This document shows, one piece after another, positions 1-13,317 of a stretch of DNA of 54,025 nt. Numbering within the stretch: position 1 is the first letter of the stretch; each line of letters starts with the position of its first letter. Source of the stretch: Asterionella formosa (taxonomy: Eukaryota); assembly GCA_002256025.1 (NCBI GenBank), contig NKIB01013658.1:1-54025 (forward strand), written 5' to 3'. Under the pieces are notes generated by a model that was not told the DNA's origin, ran no database searches, and saw only the letters and a program-made list of their open reading frames with translations. The translations under genes were made by a program, and so were the position numbers.

Positions 1-653
1 GCAAATTTCCACTGATTTAAATATTTCAAATGGAATCATGTCATTCAAAATTGGCCCATAGAAATTCGGAATTCCAGGGAATTTCGGGAATCCAAAGGCA
101 GCAATATTTTAATTTTTGCCTACGTTAAAATGCAGGAACCTTTTAAGCAGGCAGAATTGTCGCCATTGTTCTCAATTCAGGACTATAATAGGTATTTGCT
201 ATATTCTGCATTCCCTTTTCATCACCGGAAGCAGCTCGTTGTCACCAATGTTCCAATACAAATACTGTATGTGCAATTGCGAAGGGTTTAAACACGATGG
301 AATATATTATTTCCCCCAAGGAATCCGAACACTACCTTGTATTAGCTTTCTCCTGAAAACGATAAGTTAAAAAAAGTAATGTAAGAGCAAGGGGAGCATC
401 AGCGAAAGCTTTATGTAAAGTTCTGCACTCACTTCTTGGAATCTCTCATCCTCATTATTCTCCTTGCGTTGCGTTTCAACATATGTTCACACGGGGCATT
501 CTTTTATTTTCATACATCCCATCGGAGAAAAACCATGGCAGAGACACTCAAATAAGCACCAAGAGTATTTCAGATTTTGCTCGTTGAATGCTTTAGATCA
601 GACAGATCACCCTGACATTGTTTGCTTGCTGTTGACTATTGAGAACATTTCCA

Positions 654-3600
654 ATGCCGACGGACTCAAAGACGGAAGCACCGACGAAGCGAGCAGGAGG
701 AGTTGCCGATTATTTTGCAATTTTAGGAGTCGGAGAGAAGCTACTATGGAAGCATTCACAAAAGCAGAGCCACGATGGATCACATAATACGGACGAAGAG
801 GAAGACGAAGCTGCCCTTATGGAACGGTTCTATCGAGAAATTGTTGAGGTGACAATTTTGATGAATGACGGAGAATCGCCGACCCCCCTTAGACCTTCTC
901 AATCATACGAATCTTCGTCACATTCGTCATCCTCGCATCCAACAATAACAACAACATCAACCCAACCCAAGACCATGTCGACCAAATACCACATTCCTGT
1001 GCCTTTACCAACCAGTCCAATCCCTTCGGAATCGACAGCAACAATTACTGCGCACGAGTCAGTTTTGGAACGAGCGGGACTCTCGCAATCAGAAATTGAT
1101 GGCTATACAAGCGTCACAACGACAATTCCGGCTGGACGACCATCGCTGCGATATGGGGATACGCATTTGTGGAACAAATCACAAGTCTTTGACGCTAATT
1201 TAGACCCCTGTTTCGGCTTTCGCCAAGAATTGCTCGCCAAGATGGCGGACAGCACCAACGCAGAATCACATGACCCACTTCGTGGCATTGGACGTAAGGT
1301 GGGGTCAACTCTGCGCAATCAGCTAGTTCCCATGATGGATCGCTTTCGCGACAAGCAACGGGCAGGCAATCAAGCGTCTGATCCTGATATGAAAAAGTTT
1401 CATTTAGGATTTCGCCGGCGTTTGCCCGATGAAGTCGATCGACCAGCTTTGGCGGATCTCACGGTACATTATATAAGACTACATCGGGAAACCTTGTTAG
1501 GGCGAAATAAGATCCCGGACTCAGCGTCGGTAACCACATCGGATAGTACAACGACAGCTTTGAAACGAGGGTTAGCCACTGGTGCCGTCATTGCAGCAAG
1601 GGTCGCGGAAGCAGGAAAACAAAAATTCATGCAACAATACCGTGGTGATTCGTCGAGACCGGAGCAACAAAAGAGCCCTGTATTCGCACAAAAACACTTT
1701 TTTCCTGATCGCAACGACGGTCTCGTAGTTCCTCTCCATGAAGTTCTCACACTACCAGATGGCTTTGACGAATGGTCCATTCCTGAAGATTATCAGTGGA
1801 TCAAGTTTCCAAGCGCAAAAGAAAGTCGTGGAAGTATGAACTCACTGACTGGTCGACATGCGATTCGATCGGAACAATCACGAATACGAAAGACGTTCCT
1901 TGTTCCCCACAAGGGCGACAACCCGCTTGAAAGGACTCCAAGCGACGACAACACTCAAGCTAGTGAGCCATCGGGTGCCGGAATAGAAGCATATCTCGAC
2001 AGTTCGTCGTACCTACCATCGCCACCTTCATCAGCAACAGGTGCCTCTGAAAGAAAGTGGACTAATCGGCCCCTTTCTCCTGGTTTTCCGAGAGAGGAAT
2101 TGTTGCCAGATTCAGCTTTACATAGATTGGAACCGGGAGAGTACATACCAAGGATCTTGTCGGAGCCACTACCAATGTTTGCACACATGGTATCGAGCGA
2201 AGACTATTGCTTTATTCCTGTGCTTGCTATTCGGAGACAGCGTGTAGGCGACGAACAACGGTATCTCGAAGATCCAGCGATTGTAGAATTGGCGGTTACC
2301 TTTGATGATGGAAGCGGTATTCCAGTGATGCCACGGGTGCTAGAAGGCTTTGACGACGAGGACGACGATGAATGCCATGTTAACATTTTAGGTAGGAGCG
2401 AATGGTTACCTTCGTCAATGAATACATCTCTACGCGAGGGTGATTCGCGACCGTCAAGCTTAGCATTGGGCTCCCCAATTATTTTAGTCAAGCGAAACAA
2501 TCCGATCGGTTTTGCAGACGCGGCTTTTGCAACGCGAGTGCTCGACCGATTCCCGGTCAAGAACTACAAGGATTTACCGTTGCCTGAAGAAGAGCTTCCC
2601 ATGTTCTGCTATCCAACCGGCTGTCGGCTGCACCGGGCCAGATATTGTGATGCACCCCTTCCTCAATATTATGGATTCGTGGTCAAGAATGAGAGGGGCC
2701 ACAGTATCTACGTGTCGTGTGTCTCGTTCATGGAGCCTTTGACCAGTGCGAAAATTGATCAATTGGCAGCGATTTCACAACGCCGAAGAAGGGTTTCGCT
2801 TCCACACCGTCGTTTCTGTCAGAGAAAAGAAAGGTCAAAGGCCATTTCGACTATTTCAGCGAAACACCCAGCAGCCTTTACCAGATTTACGGACCATTGG
2901 GAGAACGATGATGACGACGACGATGAATTACTTACTGGATTTGATGATATGGTCACTTTTGAGAACAAGACAATTTGCCTTATAAGCCGGCATCCCTTCT
3001 GGACAGCCTTCAGGAGGTTTCTTTCTCATCTCCATATTCTGTCTGGGTCATCATCTGACCTGCCGCTTGAACGATGTATATCGCATTTACTTTTGACCGT
3101 CCCACTGCCAAAACCTGGGGGGCCTTGTGTCATGGTTCCACTTCCCGCTCTCAATGGGCAAATGGTCTTGTCATTCCCACCGACAAAAGATTTGCCCCTT
3201 GTAGACTTGCCATATCATCGACTGTTGGCGTGCCTCGATGTTCCAACTATTGTTACAATTGTCCTCGGCTTCCTCGCCTTAGAACGAAAGGTATGTCGTT
3301 GTAAAAAGAATTTGTTCACTCCCCCTCAATCTCGAGCTCTCACAATGTTTCTACACACAGCTTATTATTATGTCAACAAGGCCATCACTTGTACTTGATG
3401 TTTGTGAACTGCTGAAATCACTTTTGTTCCCTTTTGATCTCTGCGCACCTTATGTTCCGCGATTGACGCAACCGTTTATGTCTTGTCTAGAATTCCCCGG
3501 AGCGATTTTTGTTGGCATTCATGACGACAAAACTCCCGATGGATTGGCTGCCATTGTGCGTGAAAGTCTTCCCGAAGACAGTGCTATTGTGGACTTGGAT

Positions 3601-6600
3601 ACTGGTGAGATAGACTGCAGTGGTGATAGACATCAGGTTTTGAAGCACTGCTGGGGGGTCGTACCATCAGGCCCAAGGTCGATGTTAGTTTCTGAAATTG
3701 AGACTCTGTGTCGAGACGCTGGTATCGTGCCTGGCCAAGAGCCGTTGGATTCACAGATTGATTCAGCATTTGAGACTGTACTTTCTAGCAATGTTGTCGA
3801 CGATATGGACGACAGAAGAGGAAACACTGAGCACGAGCCACTGGATGACAGAGCAGTCCGAGATTCATTTGTTCGTTTCTTTTGCTCGGTACTGGGAGGA
3901 TATGAGAGATACCTTGTCGTCCCAGATGTAGACTTCATGACTAGTGGTATCGAATGGTTTGACACGCAAGGATTTCTCGCAGAAGTGCCATCAGATCGTG
4001 CTGCTTTTCTTGGCTCCTTGGTAAATACACAGCTTTTCCAATCCTTTGTGCAGCGTCGAACCGAGGCCTCTGACGTCCATTGTCTTCTGTTTGATGATTG
4101 CTTAGCAGAATATCATTCCTCGCCCATTCCATTCGGTCGGCTAGGGGGCGATGTTGAGACAATGGAATCACCAGATGAAGGCCAGCCACAGATGCTCTAC
4201 AGTCTCCTCGTGGACCAATGTTCCGCTGAAGCTTTCCAAGCACCTAGTGATGAAGGTGAAACCAAAGCCGTTTACCCAGCCGGTAGCGGATCTAGTGAAG
4301 GCCACGAGTTTCCTTGGGGTCGCGGCGTCGCTGGTGCCAACACAGAACTGATACCAACCGACACCCCCGATTTCTACACGAACTCCAACGGTGACCTGAT
4401 CACAACGCCATCAAGACTTGACCTAGTAGACAGAGCGAGATTTGTCTACTGTATTGATGGAAATCCTTGTTTTCCGCATAAACTATCAACCACTTACTTT
4501 CTCCCACGTGAACCGGATTCATTGCTTGTAGAAATATCAGAAGCACCACTCCCTCTCCTTGCCAGAAGTGAACGTGAAGTGGACGAGGCACAGAGACGGC
4601 GAAAAATCTCAACGACTTATAGAGGCCTTAGAAATCAACGCCGTTGCCTGTGGCAGCTCCCGAAACTGATGGGATCGCACTTCCTTGGAACATGGCTGAT
4701 GTGTATCCCATCTCAAGTATCCCAGGCTGAAATCAATGAAGAGGATCAAACTCGATTCTTGCTCCGAGCACTTGGAGCCCTTCGACTTTTACGTCACAGG
4801 CAAAGAATCATTCCAGACGAAGCTTCATACAGGGCTTTGATGGTAGCATGCGGACGCATCAATAGCGACAGAAGGACTGAACTTGTAAAACTGTTTGGTC
4901 TATTAAGATCTGACGCTATCTTCCCCAGTGCTGTAACTCTCGGACAGTACACTAGAGCGCTTGCAGAGGGATACAACAAAAGATCCACAGGAATGCCAGA
5001 GATCGACCATTCTGGCGGTGGGGTAGAAGTCACGGTGTCGTTGAGCCACGCTGGCACGGAAAAATCTGGCAGGAGGAGTATCACTGATTTCGTTGGCGCT
5101 TTAAATGCTCTGGACAGTAATTTGGGAGTCCTTGAGGATTCAGGTCGTCGATGGCGCCATCGGGGTCCTCAACCTCGCGAGAATGGACCAATAAACCAAT
5201 TGTCAGAGAAAGGGGAAATGAACAGTCGTGTTGCTATGAAAGGATCAATTGATACCCCGTCACTGNNNNNNNNNNNNNNNNNNNNNNNNNNNNNNNNNNN
5301 NNNNNNNNNNNNNNNNNNNNNNNNNNNNNNNNNNNNNNNNNNNNNNNNNNNNNNNNNNNNNNNNNNNNNNNNNNNNNNNNNNNNNNNNNNNNNNNNNNNN
5401 NNNNNNNNNNNNNNNNNNNNNNNNNNNNNNNNNNNNNNNNNNNNNNNNNNNNNNNNNNNNNNNNNNNNNNNNNNNNNNNNNNNNNNNNNNNNNNNNNNNN
5501 NNNNNNNNNNNNNNNNNNNNNNNNNNNNNNNNNNNNNNNNNNNNNNNNNNNNNNNNNNNNNNNNNNNNNNNNNNNNNNNNNNNNNNNNNNNNNNNNNNNN
5601 NNNNNNNNNNNNNNNNNNNNNNNNNNNNNNNNNNNNNNNNNNNNNNNNNNNNNNNNNNNNNNNNNNNNNNNNNNNNNNNNNNNNNNNNNNNNNNNNNNNN
5701 NNNNNNNNNNNNNNNNNNNNNNNNNNNNNNNNNNNNNNNNNNNNNNNNNNNNNNNNNNNNNNNNNNNNNNNNNNNNNNNNNNNNNNNNNNNNNNNNNGAG
5801 ATCCTTCCTCCTCAAATAAGGCTGTCCATTGATGCGAAGGAACCGGATTTTGAAGTAAGACCAAATGCAGGTTATGTCACATACATTAGTCCGGCCGCGT
5901 TGCGATCGGCACTGGAAAAATACGTAGACGAGAAAGGAGAGAGCGTTCTAGACAGAGAAACATTGAAAAGTCTTGACCCTGAAGTCTTCTATAACTTCTG
6001 GTGGTACTGTTCCCGATTTTCACTCCCGTTACCTTTACCAATCAAAATTCCGGATGAAACAATTGCTGGTTATCCGTATCATGCGTGTGCCTTGGCATCT
6101 TGGGACCAGGCTGTTGCCGAGAGAGGTTGCAAAACGGCTGCTATAAACATTTATCGCCACCTTGGTTGGACAGAGCCAGCATTGCAAGAGAGTAGTGATC
6201 ATTTAGAAGAAATTGGCGAAATGCACGATGAGCTGCCTTTACTGGCGCGATTTAATTTGCAAGCCCTCTCTCATAGCGACTGGGACCACAAAGATCTGTC
6301 CGAGATCCTTGTAACATTAGTTGGAGCGTGCGATAAGAGAAACTTTCGACCCGTCTTGGAATGTGCCCTACGCTGCAACAAGCGACGGAAAGAAGAGGCC
6401 GAAGTGGATTCGATTAAACAAGATATTAGCAGTTATGAAATCAGCGCCTCTGCAGATGCAACAAACGAAAGTTCCGAAATGGCCAATTTTAGCGACAGTG
6501 TCGAGTTGGACTGCTACAGAACTATTTTGTATTTGGCAAAATACCAATGTACGACCGCGTTTCATGTTTTCTTTCCAGCTACAACAAAAGCGTGCAAGGG

Positions 6601-6763
6601 ATACCACTTCTGGTGTGCTTTTGGAACGCCTATGCCAATCTTTGACAGATTGTTTCGAGAAGCCGTGAAGGAGATCCGCGGCAAGGACAGCTCGTTCATT
6701 CCAGTCCACGATGTTTCCGATGTCGCCCTCGGATTTCGCTGTGTTTTTGGGCACATTATCTAA
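654..6763 (+). CDS. DENN-domain Rab GEF, DENND4/Crag-like (uDENN-cDENN-dDENN, PPR-like repeats, conserved C-terminal block). Exons 654-3290 and 3361-6763, interrupted by an assembly gap at 5266-5797
   Basis: uDENN 'RVLDRFP..Y...PLPEEELPMFCYPTG', 'TICLISRHPFWTAFRRFL', cDENN 'LLFPF...PYVPRL', dDENN 'TQLFQSFV', PPR-like 'PDEASYRALMVACG..FPSAVTLGQY', C-terminal 'YISPAALRSALE..FYNFWWY'. Intron 3291-3360 (GTATGT...CAG) joins the two long ORFs in frame as ERK|LIIMS. Confidence 0.88.
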
Positions 6764-7123
6764 TAATATCCTCTTTCTCAACTGTTTCACAAGCAGGCTA
6801 TTTTTAAACTATTCTGTATCCCTAACATGAAACTAAAGAGCTCTACTACCGGTACGCTCAAAATCACTTGACCATACGTTGGTAACACTACACAGATTTA
6901 GCAAAGTTATTGCAGCCACTTACATCATCACCATCACATGCATGCAGATATGTTGCTACATGTTGAGAATCATGAATTTCTTACTGAGTTGTAAGTACGG
7001 TCGACGGTCGACTATGTACGTACCAGGTACACGCAAGCTGGTATCTACATCTGTACCGATCGATAGCTTTGTACAAGCACAGGGTTTCAGTGCGCCCTGC
7101 TCAAATTATTATAGCGGTCGCCA

Positions 7124-7468
7124 ATGGAAGATATCGAATCATCTCACCGCTCCATTGACTTTGATCTGGATCTCGGGAGCCCATTGGTATCTGATCAGCA
7201 GCACCGGTTGCATGGGAAAACGAGCATGAACATACGTCGTCGAGACATTGACGAAGTAGCAGCTGCAATTTCGCCCGCTTCTATCAATGACATTTCCGAC
7301 GGTACTCTTCATTTTGCCCTGGACGAGGCCAAGCCACATGCAACTCTAATGAGGGATGCATCTAAATGGATTCTCGATCTGGAGACGTTGCGCGATGAAA
7401 TGCATATAGTCTCGGTCAAGAATGCGATTCTACTAGATTCTTTGGCCATGGCGGGAGCTGACGTGTGA
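7124..7468 (+). CDS. Small hypothetical protein (114 aa)
   Basis: ATG-initiated ORF with coding-like composition between two genes and a helical-looking C-terminus (LDLETLRDEM..KNAILLDSL). No family recognised. Confidence 0.5.
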   Translation: MEDIESSHRSIDFDLDLGSPLVSDQQHRLHGKTSMNIRRRDIDEVAAAISPASINDISDGTLHFALDEAKPHATLMRDASKWILDLETLRDEMHIVSVKNAILLDSLAMAGADV

Positions 7469-7624
7469 GTCATCTTTAAGTATGCATGAAATCAGATGTT
7501 GCCGCCATGCACAGGCGACGATCGCAGTTTTCAGCTGGGATAAGGGTGATAGTACACTTTGGAAATGCACCCTATTATAGTCGTAACGAATAGACTTCGT
7601 TTACCCATCAGTCATCGCAATTCT

Positions 7625-8749
7625 TTATTGATTCCCTTCTGTGCCGCGTAATCGCTTAGCCAACATGTTGACATGTAGTAATCCAAGGACTGCTACAACT
7701 CTTCCGCCATTAGACTTTGATGCTGCTAACCGACATGCAGTCCGTATTCCTCGTTCCAAGTACTCATCTCGCTCATGAAGTATAACTCGTGCAGCTGGAA
7801 GCACTAGTATAATGGAACCAATCAGCAGAATTGCTACAGAGCGGACGAGTTCAACGATCTCGTTCAGCACCACTTGGGTCAAGTCCTGAGATGATAGGCC
7901 GACGCCATTAACAAGTCCCACCACATCTACTTCCGATGCTCCTGCTGTCCCGACAAAGAAGTTCAACAACAACACGACCACCTTCGCTGTCAAACCAGCA
8001 AGAAGCAAAGGAGGAATGGTCAATCTAAATACATCATTCTTCACCTCTTGATTTCTTAATAAAAAGCTTCCAAGCTGGACTTGTTCGCTATCGTTCATGG
8101 AATCATCACCGAAAATAGCGGTGCGCAAGGTGCGTGCGTCTTGTCCATATGATTTCCCCCAATCAAGCGTCGTCAAAAAGTCTCGCATCATCGACAATGA
8201 AATGTAAGGCAATGAACCCATTCTTCGAAGCGTTTCATCGACTTCTTGATCTGCCAATACCAGGTCACATCCCTCGGTAATTTCAGCCAGCTCCATGGCA
8301 GTGGTGAATTCTAATCCAGGCTTGTTTCCAGATAATGCTGTTTGCAAGATTGAAGCTCCGCCTAAGACGCATGCTGCAATAGCAGTGGCGAACCCTTTCT
8401 TTTCCTTTGTTCTTGCTACCATCGCCACAAATCTTTGAATCACAGGTTGACGATCGTTCGACTTCTGTCTACTTTCATTTCTCAGATCAGCTAGGCGACT
8501 CGCACAGAGCTCCAAAACAACTACATCTGTTTTTTCGTCTTTCAAAAGCATCTGAACGTCAGAGGCAGATGAAAGAGATCCATGTAGACACCCCAAGAGA
8601 ACAACTTTGCAATTTGTTTCTGGTTCCAGAAACTCTACATAACTTCTCACAGAATTTGATGGCGATTGGACTACCGGTACAAGCCCGTTACAAACTCGAA
8701 TTGAAACCAAGACGAGCAATAGATTTTTCTTCCACTGTGCCTTTGCCAT
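7625..8749 (-). CDS. TraB/PrgY-family protein with N-terminal signal peptide
   Basis: Motifs 'VVLLGCLHGS', 'DVVVLELCASR', 'PGLEF', 'LVLADQ', 'VILHERDEYL', 'VVAVLGLLHV' match the TraB family. Hydrophobic N-terminus and two internal hydrophobic segments. Confidence 0.8.
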   Translation of the reverse strand: MAKAQWKKNLLLVLVSIRVCNGLVPVVQSPSNSVRSYVEFLEPETNCKVVLLGCLHGSLSSASDVQMLLKDEKTDVVVLELCASRLADLRNESRQKSNDRQPVIQRFVAMVARTKEKKGFATAIAACVLGGASILQTALSGNKPGLEFTTAMELAEITEGCDLVLADQEVDETLRRMGSLPYISLSMMRDFLTTLDWGKSYGQDARTLRTAIFGDDSMNDSEQVQLGSFLLRNQEVKNDVFRLTIPPLLLAGLTAKVVVLLLNFFVGTAGASEVDVVGLVNGVGLSSQDLTQVVLNEIVELVRSVAILLIGSIILVLPAARVILHERDEYLERGIRTACRLAASKSNGGRVVAVLGLLHVNMLAKRLRGTEGNQ

Positions 8750-8849
8750 TCTTATTGTGGGGAATGGACGATAAATAAATGGGAGCCAAGGAAGAGTCAG
8801 GCGTAGAAAGAGTATGGTACCGGTATTTGCCTTGGTGTGAGGTCACTGA

Positions 8850-9123
8850 TGTTGGAGAAATTATTTTAAGAAAGAAAAATCCCGGAATAAATTACCTGCT
8901 ACACATTGAATCGAATGAATCCAAAAAGAATATGGTACTGGTACCAGAGAATTCGAAAACAATCTACATTGCCAGTAAAACCCATGATTCTATTAAAACT
9001 CTCAGGAACGATTACAATCGATTACTGCAACATCGTTTTTCATATCTACAGCCTATTTGGTCCCTGACGTGTCCTTACAGGATACAAGAAAGCAATAGAG
9101 GGCTTTGGGACGCAATTTCAACA
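8850..9123 (+). repeat. 5' LTR (TGTTG...CAACA; alternative end at 9180)
   Basis: Aligns with 12487-12703 over 8850-9059. The terminal inverted pentamer CAACA occurs at 9119-9123 and again at 9176-9180. Confidence 0.75.
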
Positions 9124-9260
9124 GTTGCTTTTAGTAGAATTAGCCGGCCAGGAAGAGCCGTAATATTACAATCAACAACAGGTGGAACATTGAGAGTCCG
9201 GAGACAAGATCTTAGGGTACCAGACCATCCAGAGTCTGAAGAAGTCGCACAAGGCGCATC

Positions 9261-12200
9261 ATGAGTGGCAAAGGAAAGTTTACCAAGAAGGATCAGGCCA
9301 AGGGCAAGTTTCAAGCCAAGGGAGGGAGCAATAATGCTTCTCACACCATCAAGAAGTCAGTTAATGACTATAACTACTACCTCGGATCGGCGAAGCAGGC
9401 ATCTGGTTATGAGACTACTACTGAGTATCTCATCAATCACATCAAGAAAGTTTTCGACTATGGCAACGGCATAGGAACTGCGCTCAAGTTGTTAGAACCA
9501 ATTAACACATTGGCATTGAAGCCAAGAATGCAAGTAAGCATTCAACAACAGAAGAAGATCGCGCTGCAGAGAATCGGCAATATGAGATCGAGTTCAAGGC
9601 TGATTATGACACCTACATTAAAAGGGCACAGGCCTATGCAAATAATAATACCAAGGCATATGCGTTGCTCTGGGAAAGATGCAACAAAGCCATGAAGAAC
9701 AAGATCAAAGTGAGATCCGATTACAATAGGATCAAAAATAACCCAATAACATTGCTTATGTCAATCAAAGAACACGCATTAAATTTTCAAGAAAATCGAT
9801 ATTCTATGTTGATCATTTTAGATGCAATGAGAACGCTTTCATTTACAAAGCAAAAGGAAGGAGAAAGTCTACAAGACTACACCAAGAGATTTCATGTGGC
9901 ATGAGATGTGCTCAAGTCACACATGGGAGGACCCATTATCCTCACCAAGTTTGTTGAAGCCATGGATGGATGCAACGATACCAACATCAAGCTACAAGAT
10001 AAATTTCGCAAACAAGCTTTCAGTCAATTTATGGCCTATTTATACCTCGATAATGCGGATAAAGCCAAATATGGATCAATTATGACCGGGCTGAACACTC
10101 AACAATCACTCGGCAATGATCGATACCCAAAGAGCATCACCAAATCAAATAATGTTCTCAGCAACCATCGGTTTGACGTAACAAATAAACCCAACAGTCA
10201 CAAGAAACCAGGAGATCATAATAAAGACAGAGAACAAAAGGATGCAGGGAAGGAAGATGAAGATGATGTGAACTTATCATTTGCACAGTTAGAGGGAAAA
10301 TGTTACTGCTGTGGTAGCTAGAGCAGGTCACAAATCCCCTTCATGCCAAGACAAGAATAAACCCAAAGAGGAATGGGCTATCAACCAGGCCCAAAGCCAT
10401 GCACAGGCACAGGCTAATACATCGGACACAAGTACAATTACCTCTGTTCATTCCAACAACCCACCGTCATCACAAGCTTCACAACAAGCAAACATCAATC
10501 AATTTGGATGGGCGGGAACTCATATGAAACTATAATTTTACCAAGCATCTGAGATGTGTTGACTGGATACTATTGGATAATCAATCAAGTGTCACAGTCT
10601 TTTGCAATCCAAAAATGGTTGAAAATATTCGAATGTCAACCAATGGAAGCATGCACCTGGCCACAAATGGTGGATCCAGCACCATGGTCACTAATATGAA
10701 GGCTGATCTTCCACAATGGGGAGAAGTATGGTTTAATGAGAAGGCAATGACCAACATCTTCAGTTATGCCAAAATGGCAGATAGGTACAGAATTACCTAC
10801 CATTCTAAGAAAGAAGATGCATTTGGCTATTGTTCATTTGCCTGACAAACCAGTTCAATTCGAAAGAATTGGGATGAACTTATATGTTTTCAAGCCTCCT
10901 ACAACAATTAAGGCGGAGAACGCTCAAATGTTAAATACAGTTGAAGAAAACAAAACATTTTACATTGAACGTCAATTTGAAAGAGCTAAGCAAGCTCGTG
11001 ATCTATTTCATGCCTTGGGTACGCCATCAATTAATGATTTCAAGGCAATAATTCATATGAATACGATCAACAATAATCCAGTGACTACCAATGATATCAA
11101 AATTGCAGAGAAAATTTTTGTTTGGACCTGACATCGGAACACTAAAAGGCAAGACAACTTGTTGCAAGCTGCTGCCAGTCATGAACGACTACATCGAGAT
11201 TCCTAAGGAGCTTATTCAAGCTCAACGCGAAGTGACTCTTTGCATGGATGGAATGAAAGTGAATGGACAATCATTTCTCACAACAATTTCTCGAAACATT
11301 ATGTATAGGACAGCGCAATGGCTGGGTCAAGAATCAGACAGCTGAAGTCTATCAAGATGCTTTGATTCAGGTATTTCGTGTTTATAAAACCGGAGGATTT
11401 AAAATTACAACAATCCACTGTGGCTGACAACGAGTTTCGACCTTTGATGGAACGAATTTCCAATGAATTTCAAGTCACTATGAACTACGCAAACCCACAA
11501 GAACATGTTCCTGAAGCGGAGCGAAATAATCGAGTGATAAAAGAATGCGTGCACGCAGCTTATCATCGATTACCTTTCAAACATTTGCCACGACTGATGA
11601 TTAAGATTCTAGTCACAGAATCTGCAAAGAAACTGAATTTCTTTCCGGCAAAGAACGGGATATCCCCGTATTATAGTCCTCTTATGATTTTACATCAACA
11701 AAACCTGGACTATGCTCAACATTGCCAGTATACATTTGGCACTTATGTCCAAGCACATGAAGAACCTGTGTTTTCAAACCCTAATGCACCACACAGCCTA
11801 GATTGCATTTATCTACGCTAGTATAATGACAATGTGCAACGAGGTCATGAATTATTACACCTACCTACAATTTCATTGATCACTAGATGAACAGTTACTA
11901 CTCTACCACTTACCCCAGCAATCATAAATCAAGTACACACCCTTGCTGGCTGCGCAGGAAAATATGCCAGATGGTCTCAAGATATCAAATCGAACGGGAC
12001 AGTCGTTTTACGATAGTGCTTGGATTGCAGGAGTGGATTATGATAATGAAGCATTTGAAGATGTACAAGATGAAGATTATGAAGATCAACACGCTAGTGA
12101 CAACGAAAGCAATGATGAAATTCTCGGAGAAGAAGAACATGATGAAATGACTCCAAATGAAATATATAGAGCGGAACAGCTCTAACTAAACAACAATATC

Positions 12201-12460
12201 CTTCAAGGACACAAGGTGACTATGAATGTCATTTACCGTGACAACACTAGCGCAATGAAGCTAGAAGCAAATAGAAAAGCAAGTTCAGGAAAACGCACGT
12301 GACATTTCAAAATCAAGTATTTTTACATTACTGATCTTATTGAAAGAAAGGAAGTACAAATTAAGCACTGTCCAACGGATGCAATGATTGCAAACTACAT
12401 GACGAAACCACTGGTTGGAACGAAATTTATTCATTTTCGTGAGCAAATTTTGAATTCAAA
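9261..12460 (+). pseudogene. gag-pol pseudogene (gag, protease, integrase, partial RNase H)
   Basis: Chain of short overlapping ORFs 9261-12185 carrying consecutive Copia motifs. RNase H C-terminus at ~12200-12460 has an in-frame TGA. Confidence 0.9.
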
Positions 12461-12486
12461 GTTGGCATCCGTGTCCAGCAGGAGTG

Positions 12487-12703
12487 TGTTGGAGTTATTA
12501 TATTAGGAAAGAAAAATCTCGGTATAAATTGCCGACTACATATTGAATCGAATGAATCAAAAAAGAATATGTTACCAGAGAAAAATCAGAATTCGAAAAC
12601 AATCTACATCGCCAGTAAAACCCATAATTCTACTAAAACTCTAGCTAAGGAACAATTACAATCGATTACTGCAATATCGTTGTTCATATCTACAGCCTAT
12701 TTG
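12487..12703 (+). repeat. 3' LTR, truncated at its 3' end
   Basis: Preceded by purine-rich AGCAGGAGTG (PPT-like). Matches the 5' LTR up to GCCTATTTG, then diverges with no CAACA terminus. Confidence 0.8.
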
Positions 12704-13317
12704 TGGTCATCATTTCCGCATTGTATATACCAGTAGGAGTCATGTATGCATGCATGCTGCGATAATTCTTACAAGACATAAAAATTTGGTAGCTTGGGTG
12801 TTATCACTTCCGTACTGTATACTGGGGGGGAAGGGGGTATACAGGGGANNNNNNNNNNCCCCCCCCCCCCCCCCCCCCCCCCCCCGGGGTTGCATGCATG
12901 AGCAACTACTCCGGTATAAACTATGATCTTTAATCAATTCATGATAGAAGTAATACCCAGCAAATATACAGTAATACGGTAGGCCATATGAATTTTTCGG
13001 ATCCATAAATGCATGATTTCGACCATTTGAAAAATTGGTGATCCCTCCTGTTTGTTAAGGGGCTTAATTAAATCAGCCACTGACTTGTAGGTACAAGAAT
13101 TGACATAAAAAAAATTGAAAAAATTCAACAGGTCGTGGAAAATTATGAACGAATCATGTATTGTATACTTTTGAATTATGTATAGTAATCAAAATTGATA
13201 TTAGTATACACAGAATGATCCATAGTATAATGAGCGTTAATTTTCAACTATATAAACATTTAAACTTACAAATCTTTCAATAGATGTATTCATGGCTGAA
13301 AAATTTGAAATCATGTT

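Larger units (their letters stand above)
8850..12703 (+). mobile_element. Ty1/Copia LTR retrotransposon (diatom CoDi-like), degenerate and RT-deleted
   Basis: Two direct repeats starting TGTTGGAG (8850 and 12487). Internal gag with a CYCCG..GH..C knuckle, protease 'WILLDNQSS', integrase 'DNEFRPL..EHVPEAERNNRVIKE', and RNase H tail 'DNTSAMKLE..SSGKRT..IKYFYITD..CPTDAMIANYMTKPL'. PR-IN-RH order is Copia. Many frameshifts and stops. Confidence 0.93.

Noticed and set aside
5169..5864. Several long X-filled ORFs crossing the gap
   Set aside because: Artefacts of translating Ns. The same applies to ORFs spanning 49093-49937.
8779..9264. 161-aa ORF upstream of gag
   Set aside because: Runs through the flank and the 5' LTR; no protein features.
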